From positions 186,001 through 250,000 of IMG/VR virus record IMGVR_UViG_3300020172_001601: DNA of 64,000 nucleotides; one strand, written 5' to 3'. Position 1 is the first letter of the stretch. Each line of letters begins with the position of its first letter. The position numbers were made by a program, and so were the translations under genes. Of this stretch, positions 16,591-25,353 are shown in pieces. Under the pieces are notes generated by a model that saw only the letters and a list, made by a program, of their open reading frames with translations, searched no databases and was not told the origin of the DNA.

Positions 16591-17952
16591 TTGATGAAAG
16601 ACATGCAAACGTGGGTTGATTTCGCCAAGCAACAGAAGAGTTGGGCGGTCGATTCCACAAATCGTGGAGACATTCCTCCGACCATTATTGTTGAGCGTGA
16701 TGGCGAAGTTCTGGCCATCGTGATTTCGCCGGAGATTGACAAGCGATACGGTCTGCAAGCTGCATCCATGTGTCAGGCTGGGTTCGACCCCGACGCCTTG
16801 ACTATGGTTGTGGATGCTCACATCCATCAAGGCAAAAGCAAGGAAGGCCAGACAATCGAAGAGGCCAAAGAGGAATATCATAAGAAATTCCCCAAGGGTA
16901 TGCAACATGCCTGTGACAATGAAGACGCATGTGCCACTGGTGAAATCACCGATTGTCTGGTGTGCCACCGCATCACTCGTGATGGCAAGATCACGATGGT
17001 AACACTGCCATATTCATATCACGGCAAGGACGGCGGCGTGCCATTCAAGTGGCTCGATGAAGATGAACGCTACAAGGACATGGGCAATATGTCCGAAAAC
17101 AACGAAGGCGTTCGGTTGGAAGGCTTCATTCCCGACAGTCTTCGTCAAATCATGCAGACTCCTTCCATCCTTGAACACATTCCTCAGTTGCAGCAGATGG
17201 CTGATGCCAACGAGTTCACGCCAGAGCGTGTTCGTTACCATACGGCACGAGCTATTATGGCGATGATGACCGCCAAGAAGTTCGTGGTCGCCGACTTCCT
17301 TTCGGGCAGACACCCGGAATGGACCGGAGCCAAAGAGACTGGCAAGGAAATGCTCTCCAAGATGATTGAAGGCGGCATCTTCCCGAAGGAAGCCTACGAA
17401 CCGATCAAAGACATTATCGACAACCATATTGGCACCAGAGCGTTCGCTGACAAGTTGACGGCTTTGCTTACAGCCAACTCGTATTGGTTGCCGGGTGAAA
17501 TCCGTGAGGATATTCCCAAGTTCGTTTCGGAACTCGAAAGCATCTGCATGTCTCCTGTCATCCCGAAGGGCTTTGGTCCAGATGGCGACGGAGACGAAGA
17601 AGACGAAGAAGATGAAGACGATGACTCCGAACCGCAGCGGGTCCGAGTTTGGAATGGCGATCAGAGTGAGTTTTTGGGCGAAGGCAACTATGTCGGCAAT
17701 GTGGCAATCTATGCCATTGAAATGCCAGATGGTTCCCTCCGATCCAATACGAATGCTGAAGTCGAACCTGAAGAAGTGCCTGAAGGTGGTGTTGTTCGGA
17801 AAATGAAGAACAATCCCAAGATCGTTCTGGACAACGGCCAGACTGTGTATGGCTGTCAGGTCTGGTGGGAACCAGTTGAAGATGAAGGGCCGGGTGCTGC
17901 TAGTGCAGCCAGTCCTCACCAACACGGTCCTGGGTGTAAGCACAATCACTAA
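16591..17952 (+). CDS. multi-domain hypothetical protein with acidic linker
   Basis: 453-aa ORF after promoter. Confidence 0.8.
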   Translation: MMKDMQTWVDFAKQQKSWAVDSTNRGDIPPTIIVERDGEVLAIVISPEIDKRYGLQAASMCQAGFDPDALTMVVDAHIHQGKSKEGQTIEEAKEEYHKKFPKGMQHACDNEDACATGEITDCLVCHRITRDGKITMVTLPYSYHGKDGGVPFKWLDEDERYKDMGNMSENNEGVRLEGFIPDSLRQIMQTPSILEHIPQLQQMADANEFTPERVRYHTARAIMAMMTAKKFVVADFLSGRHPEWTGAKETGKEMLSKMIEGGIFPKEAYEPIKDIIDNHIGTRAFADKLTALLTANSYWLPGEIREDIPKFVSELESICMSPVIPKGFGPDGDGDEEDEEDEDDDSEPQRVRVWNGDQSEFLGEGNYVGNVAIYAIEMPDGSLRSNTNAEVEPEEVPEGGVVRKMKNNPKIVLDNGQTVYGCQVWWEPVEDEGPGAASAASPHQHGPGCKHNH

Positions 17953-17965
17953 TTGAAGGGCAACA

Positions 17966-18259
17966 ATGGAAATCGAGATTAAAGTTAGTCCTCGATGGGA
18001 AGAGGCTGATCTTGCCAAGCGTATTGCTCGCATTGTTGCCAGTGACGATACCTGTTGTGAAAAGAAGTCTGGCGGCTATGAATGGGCGCTAGACTATCGT
18101 GGCAACGATTGGTGGATGACCGGCATTCAAGACGTTGAGGGCCAGAAATACAAAATCGTCAAGGTGGCATATCGCTACGGTGGCGGCGGCAGCAACAAAG
18201 ATATGATGGAAGCCCTCAAGGTCTTTTTGCAATGGGAGGTTGGGATTCATGAAGATTGA
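17966..18259 (+). CDS. hypothetical protein
   Basis: Packed co-directional ORF. Confidence 0.7.
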   Translation: MEIEIKVSPRWEEADLAKRIARIVASDDTCCEKKSGGYEWALDYRGNDWWMTGIQDVEGQKYKIVKVAYRYGGGGSNKDMMEALKVFLQWEVGIHED

Positions 18260-18452
18260 ATACATCGTGATGGAAGGTGATCCTTGTAGTGGCACGCAGA
18301 CACTATTTGAGTCCTTGCCTATTGACAACACCTTCACTAGCGAAGAAGCAGCGGAAGCTGCAATCGCTAATTACTTTGAGAAAGAGGCAGGCGGTTTGCT
18401 GGGTCCAGGCCCGGTTTTGTTTGTCTTGAAGGTTTTCAAGGGAAAAAACTAA
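18249..18452 (+). CDS. hypothetical protein
   Basis: Packed co-directional ORF. Confidence 0.6.
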   Translation: MKIEYIVMEGDPCSGTQTLFESLPIDNTFTSEEAAEAAIANYFEKEAGGLLGPGPVLFVLKVFKGKN

Positions 18453-18512
18453 AGTTTGGCAATACTCAGCCGATATAACTTTCAACCACTAAACACTAAA
18501 CAAGAAACAATC

Positions 18513-19700
18513 ATGGCTAACGATCACGAACAACAGCAGCAACTACTCATTCCCACGACCATTAAGGTCGGCTATCAAAACCGCAGCGACACATACACCG
18601 GCAAGTTGGCCTATGTGATTTACACAGATCACAAAGGCGTACTCCGCAAAGAGAAGTCCTGGGAAAGCTGGCGAGATAAGAAGATCAAAGCCAGTGATTA
18701 TGACAATGAGCCTACTGATGGCTTCGTTCTCAACCGTGGTGTGGGTGGCGCTCGTCGTTCCTATGGTTGGAATGCTCGCAACGAATACATTCGGGTCTAC
18801 GATCCCCGTGGATTCGAGTTCGAGATTTCCATTGCCAACCTTCTCTTCATTCTTCGAGAAGGTGCCTGTAGCCCCGGCAAAGGACTCGAAGGCCAGTTCG
18901 TCTATGCTTGGGACGGCACGGAGCTAGTGTTGCTCCCCGTCGCATCGCAGGACTATCAGAACTGCAAGAACTTCACCGATCTTCAGTCTCAAGGCGTTCA
19001 CGCAAAAGACCTTGTTGACGGAGCCAGCTATACAACCAAGAAGCAGGACGTTCTTACTTATCTCGGTAAGTTCGACTACCATTTCATGCTGGAAATGCAG
19101 CACCGTTCTGATTACTCCAACGGCAATCGCTCGGTTACTCTTCAGCCAAGGACCAAGGCCGATACCAAAGGCCAGATTAAGGTGTATGTGTTCTGGAGCG
19201 GCAAGGAATTTGTTTACCTGAAAGAACTGAAGTCACTGGCTGTTCGCAATGGCGACACCATTGCCGATGACTACGCCAAGCTGGTTGACAAGTACAACAA
19301 GTCAGCCCACGGTGCCAAGGCCGTCAAGATGTTCTTGAAGGATGTTGCTGAGTCCAAAAAGGACAAAGACGGATATTACTACAACGATGATCCTTGGTAC
19401 ATCGAGGACGAAGACGGTTCTTTCATTGAGTGTCGAACCAACTACGATAGAAAGTGGAATCACACCACCGGCAAATACGACGACCACAAGATTTCTGGAA
19501 TATCGGCAGTTCATCGTTATTACATCAATGATGATGGAGTGTTCACTCAAGAGCCTTGTTCTCGTGATGTGCCGAAATCAACAAAGCCTACAATCGCTCG
19601 TCTCTTTGTTGAGACGGAAAATGGTGGCAAAATCCGTGTGGATAAAGTCACTAACACTCTTTACGGATACCGCAGCAACTCCTTCTCAAAGGACATTTAA
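18513..19700 (+). CDS. phage hypothetical protein
   Basis: About 395-aa ORF; no function recognised. Confidence 0.8.
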   Translation: MANDHEQQQQLLIPTTIKVGYQNRSDTYTGKLAYVIYTDHKGVLRKEKSWESWRDKKIKASDYDNEPTDGFVLNRGVGGARRSYGWNARNEYIRVYDPRGFEFEISIANLLFILREGACSPGKGLEGQFVYAWDGTELVLLPVASQDYQNCKNFTDLQSQGVHAKDLVDGASYTTKKQDVLTYLGKFDYHFMLEMQHRSDYSNGNRSVTLQPRTKADTKGQIKVYVFWSGKEFVYLKELKSLAVRNGDTIADDYAKLVDKYNKSAHGAKAVKMFLKDVAESKKDKDGYYYNDDPWYIEDEDGSFIECRTNYDRKWNHTTGKYDDHKISGISAVHRYYINDDGVFTQEPCSRDVPKSTKPTIARLFVETENGGKIRVDKVTNTLYGYRSNSFSKDI

Positions 19701-19705
19701 CCACT

Positions 19706-20149
19706 ATGGCAGCTACAGACAAAAAGACGCTTGAACTGATTGCTCAGGTCAAGGCAAAGAAGGCGGCAATCGCCAAGGCCGAGAAGCCTGCATACAAGAC
19801 CAACCTATCTTTTTCCTACATTGAAGGGAACAAGAGCAGCGCAACCAATCTGAACATCGAAACCGATGTAAGGAAGTTGATCTGTATTGCAGCTTTTCTC
19901 ACCGAACGCAGTGCCACCTACTCGATGGTCGCCACCAAGGTATTGGGCGTTGACAAGCCGCCTGAGTTTACCTGGGATGGCTACACGGTGGACGATTGGA
20001 TCGGCGATCTGAAGTTGAAGATTACGAAAATCCAAATCGTCGCCGAAAAGAAGAAGCTGGAAGCGTTGGAAGAACGCCTCAACAAGATTATCAGCCCTGA
20101 AAAACGTGCTGAACTCGAACTTGAGGCCATTGCCAACGAGTTGGGATAA
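19706..20149 (+). CDS. phage hypothetical coiled-coil protein
   Basis: 147-aa ORF directly after previous gene. Confidence 0.75.
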   Translation: MAATDKKTLELIAQVKAKKAAIAKAEKPAYKTNLSFSYIEGNKSSATNLNIETDVRKLICIAAFLTERSATYSMVATKVLGVDKPPEFTWDGYTVDDWIGDLKLKITKIQIVAEKKKLEALEERLNKIISPEKRAELELEAIANELG

Positions 20150-20166
20150 TTTTCCCAATTCTCACG

Positions 20167-20173
20167 CTAAATA
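20167..20173 (+). promoter_or_regulatory. class III (late-type) motif CTAAATA
   Basis: 5 nt before ATG 20179. Confidence 0.65.
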
Positions 20174-20178
20174 AAAGC

Positions 20179-21531
20179 ATGAGATTTAGTTTCCGCAAAT
20201 GGCTAGAAGCCGAAGATAACCCACAAATCCAGTGGCGTAATGATGTTCCCACCTACCATCGAGGTTTGGTTCGGGCAAATCAATTACGCCCTGGATTTGT
20301 GCATGTATATGATCCTGACCACTATAACTTGGGTGGCCGAAAGGTATTTCATGATGAACACGGCGAAGTCGGATATTCTCTATTGCCGCAAGAAGGCCCT
20401 TTACAAACACCAGAGAATCCAGGTAAGATAGAAATAGCTGGGGTGTACAACCACGGTGGGGATCGAACAAAAGGCTGGGGAGTTCATGCCATCAAGCACG
20501 CCGTCCAACAAGGCGGCAATTACTTAGAAGCCTTTGAGGGCAATGAACGATTTTCTCTGCCTTTGTATTATCATGCCCACTTAGGAGTTGAGCCAATTGG
20601 CTATTTGCCTTGGGATAATCAATATGCCCCAGCGGGTTGGAATGCCGAAAGAGACAATGAGCCAGGGATTGTCCAGATGCAAATCCCGCCAGAAGGATTG
20701 GCTGATTTAGACACTTGGCTAAGTACAAGGCATGATGACGATCAAGCTCTGTTTATGGCCAAACTAAAACGATTGAAGCAACAAGCAGGTGTTCAAATGG
20801 ACGAAAACAAAAAGCGTGGTGGTCATGATGCTAAAAAGCATAGGGACCATTGTGCATCTCCAGAGGAATACAAGCGATTGGTCGATGGAGTTGACGAATT
20901 CTATTTCGGTTCTGGCGATGACACACCTATGCCTGATCCAGACGACAAGATTGGCCGCTTCATTCATATGAAGGCCCATGAATGGAACGTCGGCATCACC
21001 GAGGCTGCTGAACGCTCTATGGCTCGTCTTTATGGGCAAATTGCCAAGAACGACAAGACCGTGATTATTCTCACTGCATTCCGGCACGAGAATGACCTGA
21101 AGACCAATCGTCAACTGAATGTATCCTTGGGTGCCGACCTTCGTAAGTTGGGCTGGGGATATACACCAGTCATGGGTGGTTTTGTCGAGAAGGGCGAAGG
21201 CGGCAAAGACGTTCACGTTCAAGAAGAATCTATGTTCGTCAATGCAACTGGCGATCCAGGACAGGTTGTATCCACGATTCATAAGCTGTTACAGAAATAT
21301 CAGCAGCAGGCCGCATTGGTTAAGCTGCCTGATGATCCTGTAGCTGTATTGCTTTGGGATGATGGGCATACCACTCCAGCCGGTCAATGGCACGCTGACC
21401 CTCAGCAAATGGCCCAATACTACACTCAGATGAGAAGTGGCCCTCCGGGTCGTCAATTCAAGTTCGAGGCCGCAGGCGACGATTCAGTGATGACTCGCAT
21501 GGCAGTCGAGAACTACTTCAAATCGCTCTAA
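20179..21531 (+). CDS. capsid-targeting-like N-terminus (MRFSFRKWLEAE), GNAT-like domain and DUF3293-like C-domain
   Basis: GVYN..KGWGVHAI..GGNYLEAF..YY..G; ILTAFR..N..L..GYTPVMGGFVE..EESMFV; domain calls tentative. Confidence 0.6.
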   Translation: MRFSFRKWLEAEDNPQIQWRNDVPTYHRGLVRANQLRPGFVHVYDPDHYNLGGRKVFHDEHGEVGYSLLPQEGPLQTPENPGKIEIAGVYNHGGDRTKGWGVHAIKHAVQQGGNYLEAFEGNERFSLPLYYHAHLGVEPIGYLPWDNQYAPAGWNAERDNEPGIVQMQIPPEGLADLDTWLSTRHDDDQALFMAKLKRLKQQAGVQMDENKKRGGHDAKKHRDHCASPEEYKRLVDGVDEFYFGSGDDTPMPDPDDKIGRFIHMKAHEWNVGITEAAERSMARLYGQIAKNDKTVIILTAFRHENDLKTNRQLNVSLGADLRKLGWGYTPVMGGFVEKGEGGKDVHVQEESMFVNATGDPGQVVSTIHKLLQKYQQQAALVKLPDDPVAVLLWDDGHTTPAGQWHADPQQMAQYYTQMRSGPPGRQFKFEAAGDDSVMTRMAVENYFKSL

Positions 21532-21540
21532 ATGTTGTCC

Positions 21541-21569
21541 TTTACAATGAGCGGATTTTACGGTAAAAT
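21541..21569 (+). promoter_or_regulatory. class I promoter, likely leaderless
   Basis: TTTACA-N17-TAAAAT, ATG 6 nt later. Confidence 0.75.
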
Positions 21570-21575
21570 CCTCCC

Positions 21576-22235
21576 ATGAAAGGCTACATCCTCCCCAACG
21601 AAAATGTCGATTATCTGGACGATCTGTTCCTTGTGAATGGATTGCTCCAGGTTCTTCCGGCATCTGTTCTCGCAGCGATCCCCCAACTCCATCTGAGCAT
21701 TTGGGGAAACAAGCGTGGCGTATATTGTTTTCCATCCACCGAACTAATCGAGTGGCTGAGAGAGCAGGTCGCTGGTCGCAGTGCCATTGAAATCTGTTCT
21801 GGCACTGGTGTTATCGGTCGGGCATTGGGAATTACCAGCACCGACTCGTATATCCAAACCACGCCCGAAATGATTGCATATTATGCTCTGTATAATCAGA
21901 AGCCCATCTTCCCGCCGCAAGACGTGCATAAGTTTGAAGCCAACGAAGCAGTGGATAACTTCAAGCCTGCCGTTGTTCTTGGCTCATATATCACGCAGAA
22001 ATATCTGCCCGGTGATGAAGACGCCGTGCCAAAAATTGGTTCATCCTTTTACGGGGTTGATGAACTAGCTCTGTTGCCCAAGGTGGAGACTTATATTGCC
22101 ATTGGCAATAAGACTTCGCATGGCGATAAGCGAATTCGTAAATTCCCACACACAACACATCAGTTTCCTTGGTTGTTTACCCGGTCGGTAAAGCCAGAGG
22201 AAAATGAAATTTCAGTCTGGAACCGAAATGAATGA
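21576..22235 (+). CDS. SAM-dependent methyltransferase-like protein
   Basis: AIEICSGTGVIGRAL glycine-rich motif I. Confidence 0.55.
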   Translation: MKGYILPNENVDYLDDLFLVNGLLQVLPASVLAAIPQLHLSIWGNKRGVYCFPSTELIEWLREQVAGRSAIEICSGTGVIGRALGITSTDSYIQTTPEMIAYYALYNQKPIFPPQDVHKFEANEAVDNFKPAVVLGSYITQKYLPGDEDAVPKIGSSFYGVDELALLPKVETYIAIGNKTSHGDKRIRKFPHTTHQFPWLFTRSVKPEENEISVWNRNE

Positions 22236-22497
22236 GCCTTTGAGCAACGAACAAATTGAGTGTCTGAATAGCTGGCCTGAGATTTGTCGTGGACATGCCA
22301 AGGACCAAAAACTCGTTCAACTCTTGAATGAGTTGTGCATCAATCACGGCTATGGTCGTATTAGTCAGCTTGCCCAGGCTCTCGAAGAAATCTGGAGGAA
22401 TCCAGAAGAGGGCGGCAAGAAGTGGCAGGAATTCCACGCTGAACGAATGGAATTGCTCAAGGGAACCATCGAGCATTTCAATAAAGCGGAGAAATAG
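22228..22497 (+). CDS. hypothetical protein
   Basis: Overlap-coupled ORF. Confidence 0.65.
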   Translation: MNEPLSNEQIECLNSWPEICRGHAKDQKLVQLLNELCINHGYGRISQLAQALEEIWRNPEEGGKKWQEFHAERMELLKGTIEHFNKAEK

Positions 22498-22698
22498 TTG
22501 ATGTTATTGATTATGTTGGGTGTGTTTTTAGGGAACTGGCTAATTGTTCCTTACTTCACCAGAAGCAAGCAGCATAAGTCGATGTATCCCAATAGTGGCC
22601 CTTCTCGTGTGGACCATACTAAGGGATTCTTCGTCGGCTTAATTGCTGCTGCTATTGTTTTCTTATTCTCTTGGCTCTTTGGGTTAAGGATGTTATGA
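22498..22698 (+). CDS. small two-TM membrane protein
   Basis: Two hydrophobic segments. Confidence 0.6.
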   Translation: MMLLIMLGVFLGNWLIVPYFTRSKQHKSMYPNSGPSRVDHTKGFFVGLIAAAIVFLFSWLFGLRML

Positions 22699-23297
22699 GA
22701 AACGTAGCGCTATTCGATTTGGATGGTTCTCTTGCGAACTATGTTGACGCATTAGTGCGTGACGTGCAGTTGTTGGCTAGTCCCGAAGACGAACCAATAA
22801 CTGCTGAGAATTTATACACGCTCGAAAAACAACAACATATTCGCAATCGACTGCGACTCATCAAGCGACAGACCAATTGGTGGTTGGACTTGGAGCCTAT
22901 TGAAGCTGGCATGAGGGCAATGCACATTGCCAAGCAGATTGGCTTTGACATTCATGTGTTGACCAAAGGCCCTAAGAAGGCCCCGATTGCCTGGAAAGAA
23001 AAGCTGGAATGGTGTCAGCGTCACATCCATGAAGACGCCGATGTTCACATTACCAGTGACAAGGGCCTCGTGTATGGCAAAGTGTTATATGATGACTATC
23101 CCGAATACATGGACACATGGTTGAAGGATCGTTCTCGTGGATTGGGCATTATGCCTATTACTTCATACAACAAAGACTATACGCATCCCAATGTGGTCAG
23201 GTGGGACGGCACCAATGTTGAAGAATTGACTACTGCGTTGACAATAGCATTTAACCGTCAGTCAGGAGAAGAATTGTGGCTACCCGTAAAAAAGTAA
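22695..23297 (+). CDS. 5'(3')-deoxyribonucleotidase, HAD NT5C family
   Basis: FDLDGSLANY, LTKGP..AWKEKLEWC, DKGLVYGKVLYDD. Confidence 0.8.
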   Translation: MRNVALFDLDGSLANYVDALVRDVQLLASPEDEPITAENLYTLEKQQHIRNRLRLIKRQTNWWLDLEPIEAGMRAMHIAKQIGFDIHVLTKGPKKAPIAWKEKLEWCQRHIHEDADVHITSDKGLVYGKVLYDDYPEYMDTWLKDRSRGLGIMPITSYNKDYTHPNVVRWDGTNVEELTTALTIAFNRQSGEELWLPVKK

Positions 23298-24094
23298 AAG
23301 AAGAACAGCCCCTCAGCCCATTCGCCAGCACGGAAAATCACAGCAGCAATGAACCGCTGTTGATTGATGCCGATGCCAGGGCTTCTTCTTTGGAATCGCT
23401 CAAGAGCATTATTGGCGCTCTGAGTTTTTTGCATGAATTGATTACGAAGGGAACGGCCACGGTTGGCACTCGGCATAATACGCTCGGAATTAGCCGTGCC
23501 GAACTGAGTCATCTTGAGAAGTTCCTTGGCGCAAAGGACGATCTGAAGCAAGAAGAGGAATTGAAAAAGAATCTTCTTCGCCAAGCCAATATGGAAGTCC
23601 ATCGCCTTCGTGAAGAAATGGGCAAGGGCGTCACCATCGAGGCTATTGGCAGTAAGCTATATCAGCTTGATCGGTCAATTTACAACTGGTGGCAGAACCT
23701 TGGGTTCACCTACAGCAAGTCTAGCTTGCAGCCCCATTCCCGTGGTGCTTCTTTTCATGTAGAATTTTCCGTTAGTGTGGAACGGCACATTGGCAGTCAT
23801 GAAGCGAAGCCTGTGACTGCCAGAGCCAGAGTTGATGCCAAGCGTGCTGCTTTGGGTGCCGAGTTGGAAATCGTATACAAAAGCGATGAACCATATGTGG
23901 TGGACAATGCCAATAACCGGGCATGGCTCACCAATAAGTTCAAAGAACGATTTCCGACGTGTCGTATTTGGAAGTGGGAAGCGATCTCTGCCCACGGCCT
24001 GGACGGTGTATTCCAGATTCGGCATGTAGAAGTTAACATCGACATGACTGATGTTGGAGACGTGATTGAAAAAAATGAAAAGTATGACGAGTAA
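23276..24094 (+). CDS. hypothetical protein
   Basis: 272-aa ORF; AGGAG SD. Confidence 0.75.
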   Translation: MATRKKVKEEQPLSPFASTENHSSNEPLLIDADARASSLESLKSIIGALSFLHELITKGTATVGTRHNTLGISRAELSHLEKFLGAKDDLKQEEELKKNLLRQANMEVHRLREEMGKGVTIEAIGSKLYQLDRSIYNWWQNLGFTYSKSSLQPHSRGASFHVEFSVSVERHIGSHEAKPVTARARVDAKRAALGAELEIVYKSDEPYVVDNANNRAWLTNKFKERFPTCRIWKWEAISAHGLDGVFQIRHVEVNIDMTDVGDVIEKNEKYDE

Positions 24095-24164
24095 CCGAAC
24101 CTGAAGGTCGAGTTGAGCGTCTGTCTTATTGGGTTCCCCCTCTACTCATTAAAGGACAGTAAGC

Positions 24165-24401
24165 GTGAAAGATGTAGATCAGGCAGTACGCCTCCATTAC
24201 AATGGACACACTGGTAAATGGACGGCTATGTGCAAGAAGGATGGAGCCGTGCTTTGTCACGGTTCCAAGCAAAATATCGAAGACTTCCTTGATTTTCAAG
24301 AGAATCAAGAGGCCGAGAAGGAGCGCAAAAGACAAGCCAGAATTCGACGACGTATGTGCAAGCTCTTGAATTGGCTTTACAACAACAAAAAACGACGGTA
24401 G
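24165..24401 (+). CDS. hypothetical protein
   Basis: AAGGA SD, GTG start. Confidence 0.6.
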   Translation: MKDVDQAVRLHYNGHTGKWTAMCKKDGAVLCHGSKQNIEDFLDFQENQEAEKERKRQARIRRRMCKLLNWLYNNKKRR

Positions 24402-24404
24402 AAT
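24376..24404 (+). promoter_or_regulatory. class I promoter
   Basis: TTTACA-N17-TAGAAT. Confidence 0.7.
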
Positions 24405-24442
24405 CTCGACAGGGCAAATACCTTTAACCTGGAGAGAATGTT

Positions 24443-25087
24443 ATGCCGAAGAGTCGAAACGATTACATCCGTGAAGAGTTGGAAAAAGACTTCGATGCGC
24501 CTGCTGCCGACATCGTAGATCGGGTCACAAAGAAGGGGCATCGCTGTGCAGCACAGCATGTCTATCAACTTCGCAGCACGTTGCGACACTCTCAGAGTCG
24601 TATTCGTGAACAGCAGGCCGCAACCCTTGCCGCCGCTCGTCAGACTCGTGAGGAAAATGCCACGTCTCTCGGCCAGCATATCCTCAACATTTTGACTGCC
24701 CATCCTGAAGGTCTTTCTGACCGGGATTTGGCAGCAGCCATTCAGAAGGCTGGCTATAGCAGCCGGGCGTCCGATTTCTTGACGGTTGTTCGTCAGAAGT
24801 TGTATGACATGGTTGAGAAGGGGCATATCGCCAAGAACGGATTGCAGTACAAACTGCAAGGCTCGGCTTTGGAAAAAGCCCAACAGCATGTTGCCCAGGT
24901 CGCCGCCGAAGCGTCTGATTACGCTTTGCTCCGAGAAGCAGTGGTCGATCTCGCCAGGGCCAAAGGCTTTGCCAACCCGGATGTTTTCCCCGATATTCTG
25001 ATTACTCAGCGACGGGAATTTACCCAGGTGCAGAAGCAATACTTCACTTTGTTCGAGGCTGGGTCAACCAATGGCATCGTCAAGTGA
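24443..25087 (+). CDS. winged-helix-like DNA-binding protein
   Basis: ILNILTAHPEGLSDRDLAAAI..VRQKLYDMVEKGHIAK..YKL. Confidence 0.55.
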   Translation: MPKSRNDYIREELEKDFDAPAADIVDRVTKKGHRCAAQHVYQLRSTLRHSQSRIREQQAATLAAARQTREENATSLGQHILNILTAHPEGLSDRDLAAAIQKAGYSSRASDFLTVVRQKLYDMVEKGHIAKNGLQYKLQGSALEKAQQHVAQVAAEASDYALLREAVVDLARAKGFANPDVFPDILITQRREFTQVQKQYFTLFEAGSTNGIVK

Positions 25088-25310
25088 GTTTTTCCCAAAG
25101 GATCGTCACCCCCAATCATTGGTTCCCCGACCCGGCTTTTTGAGGCGACTCTATTGCTGGACCACCGGGGGCCATGTTTGGAGGAAGTTTCTTTGGGGCG
25201 GCGTCGATCACCCGTTCGACTGCGATTGCTGCACAAAATGCTTCAAATTCAATGGTCCTTTGGACCCCAATAGAGACACCGAAATATTTCCGTGTCATAT
25301 TCCGTGGTAG
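25071..25310 (+). CDS. small Cys-containing hypothetical protein
   Basis: Overlap-coupled ORF. Confidence 0.55.
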   Translation: MASSSEFFPKDRHPQSLVPRPGFLRRLYCWTTGGHVWRKFLWGGVDHPFDCDCCTKCFKFNGPLDPNRDTEIFPCHIPW

Positions 25311-25313
25311 CCC

Positions 25314-25342
25314 TGAACTTGGGGAACACTTCACTCTCTAGG
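25314..25342 (+). promoter_or_regulatory. class II motif
   Basis: TGAACT-N14-CTCTCTAGG. Confidence 0.7.
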
Positions 25343-25353
25343 CAGTTGACAGA

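Noticed and set aside
16036-18033. Long minus-strand ORFs 16036..16968 and 17014..18033 (similarly 2581..3210, 9867..10532, 24377..25039, 32059..32730)
   Set aside because: They lie antisense to well-supported + genes, lack SD or promoter and show no motifs; treated as shadow frames.
24097-24125. GAACCT...GTCTG as an extra class II site
   Set aside because: Lacks TGAAC and the CTCTCT(A/T)GG box at the conserved spacing.
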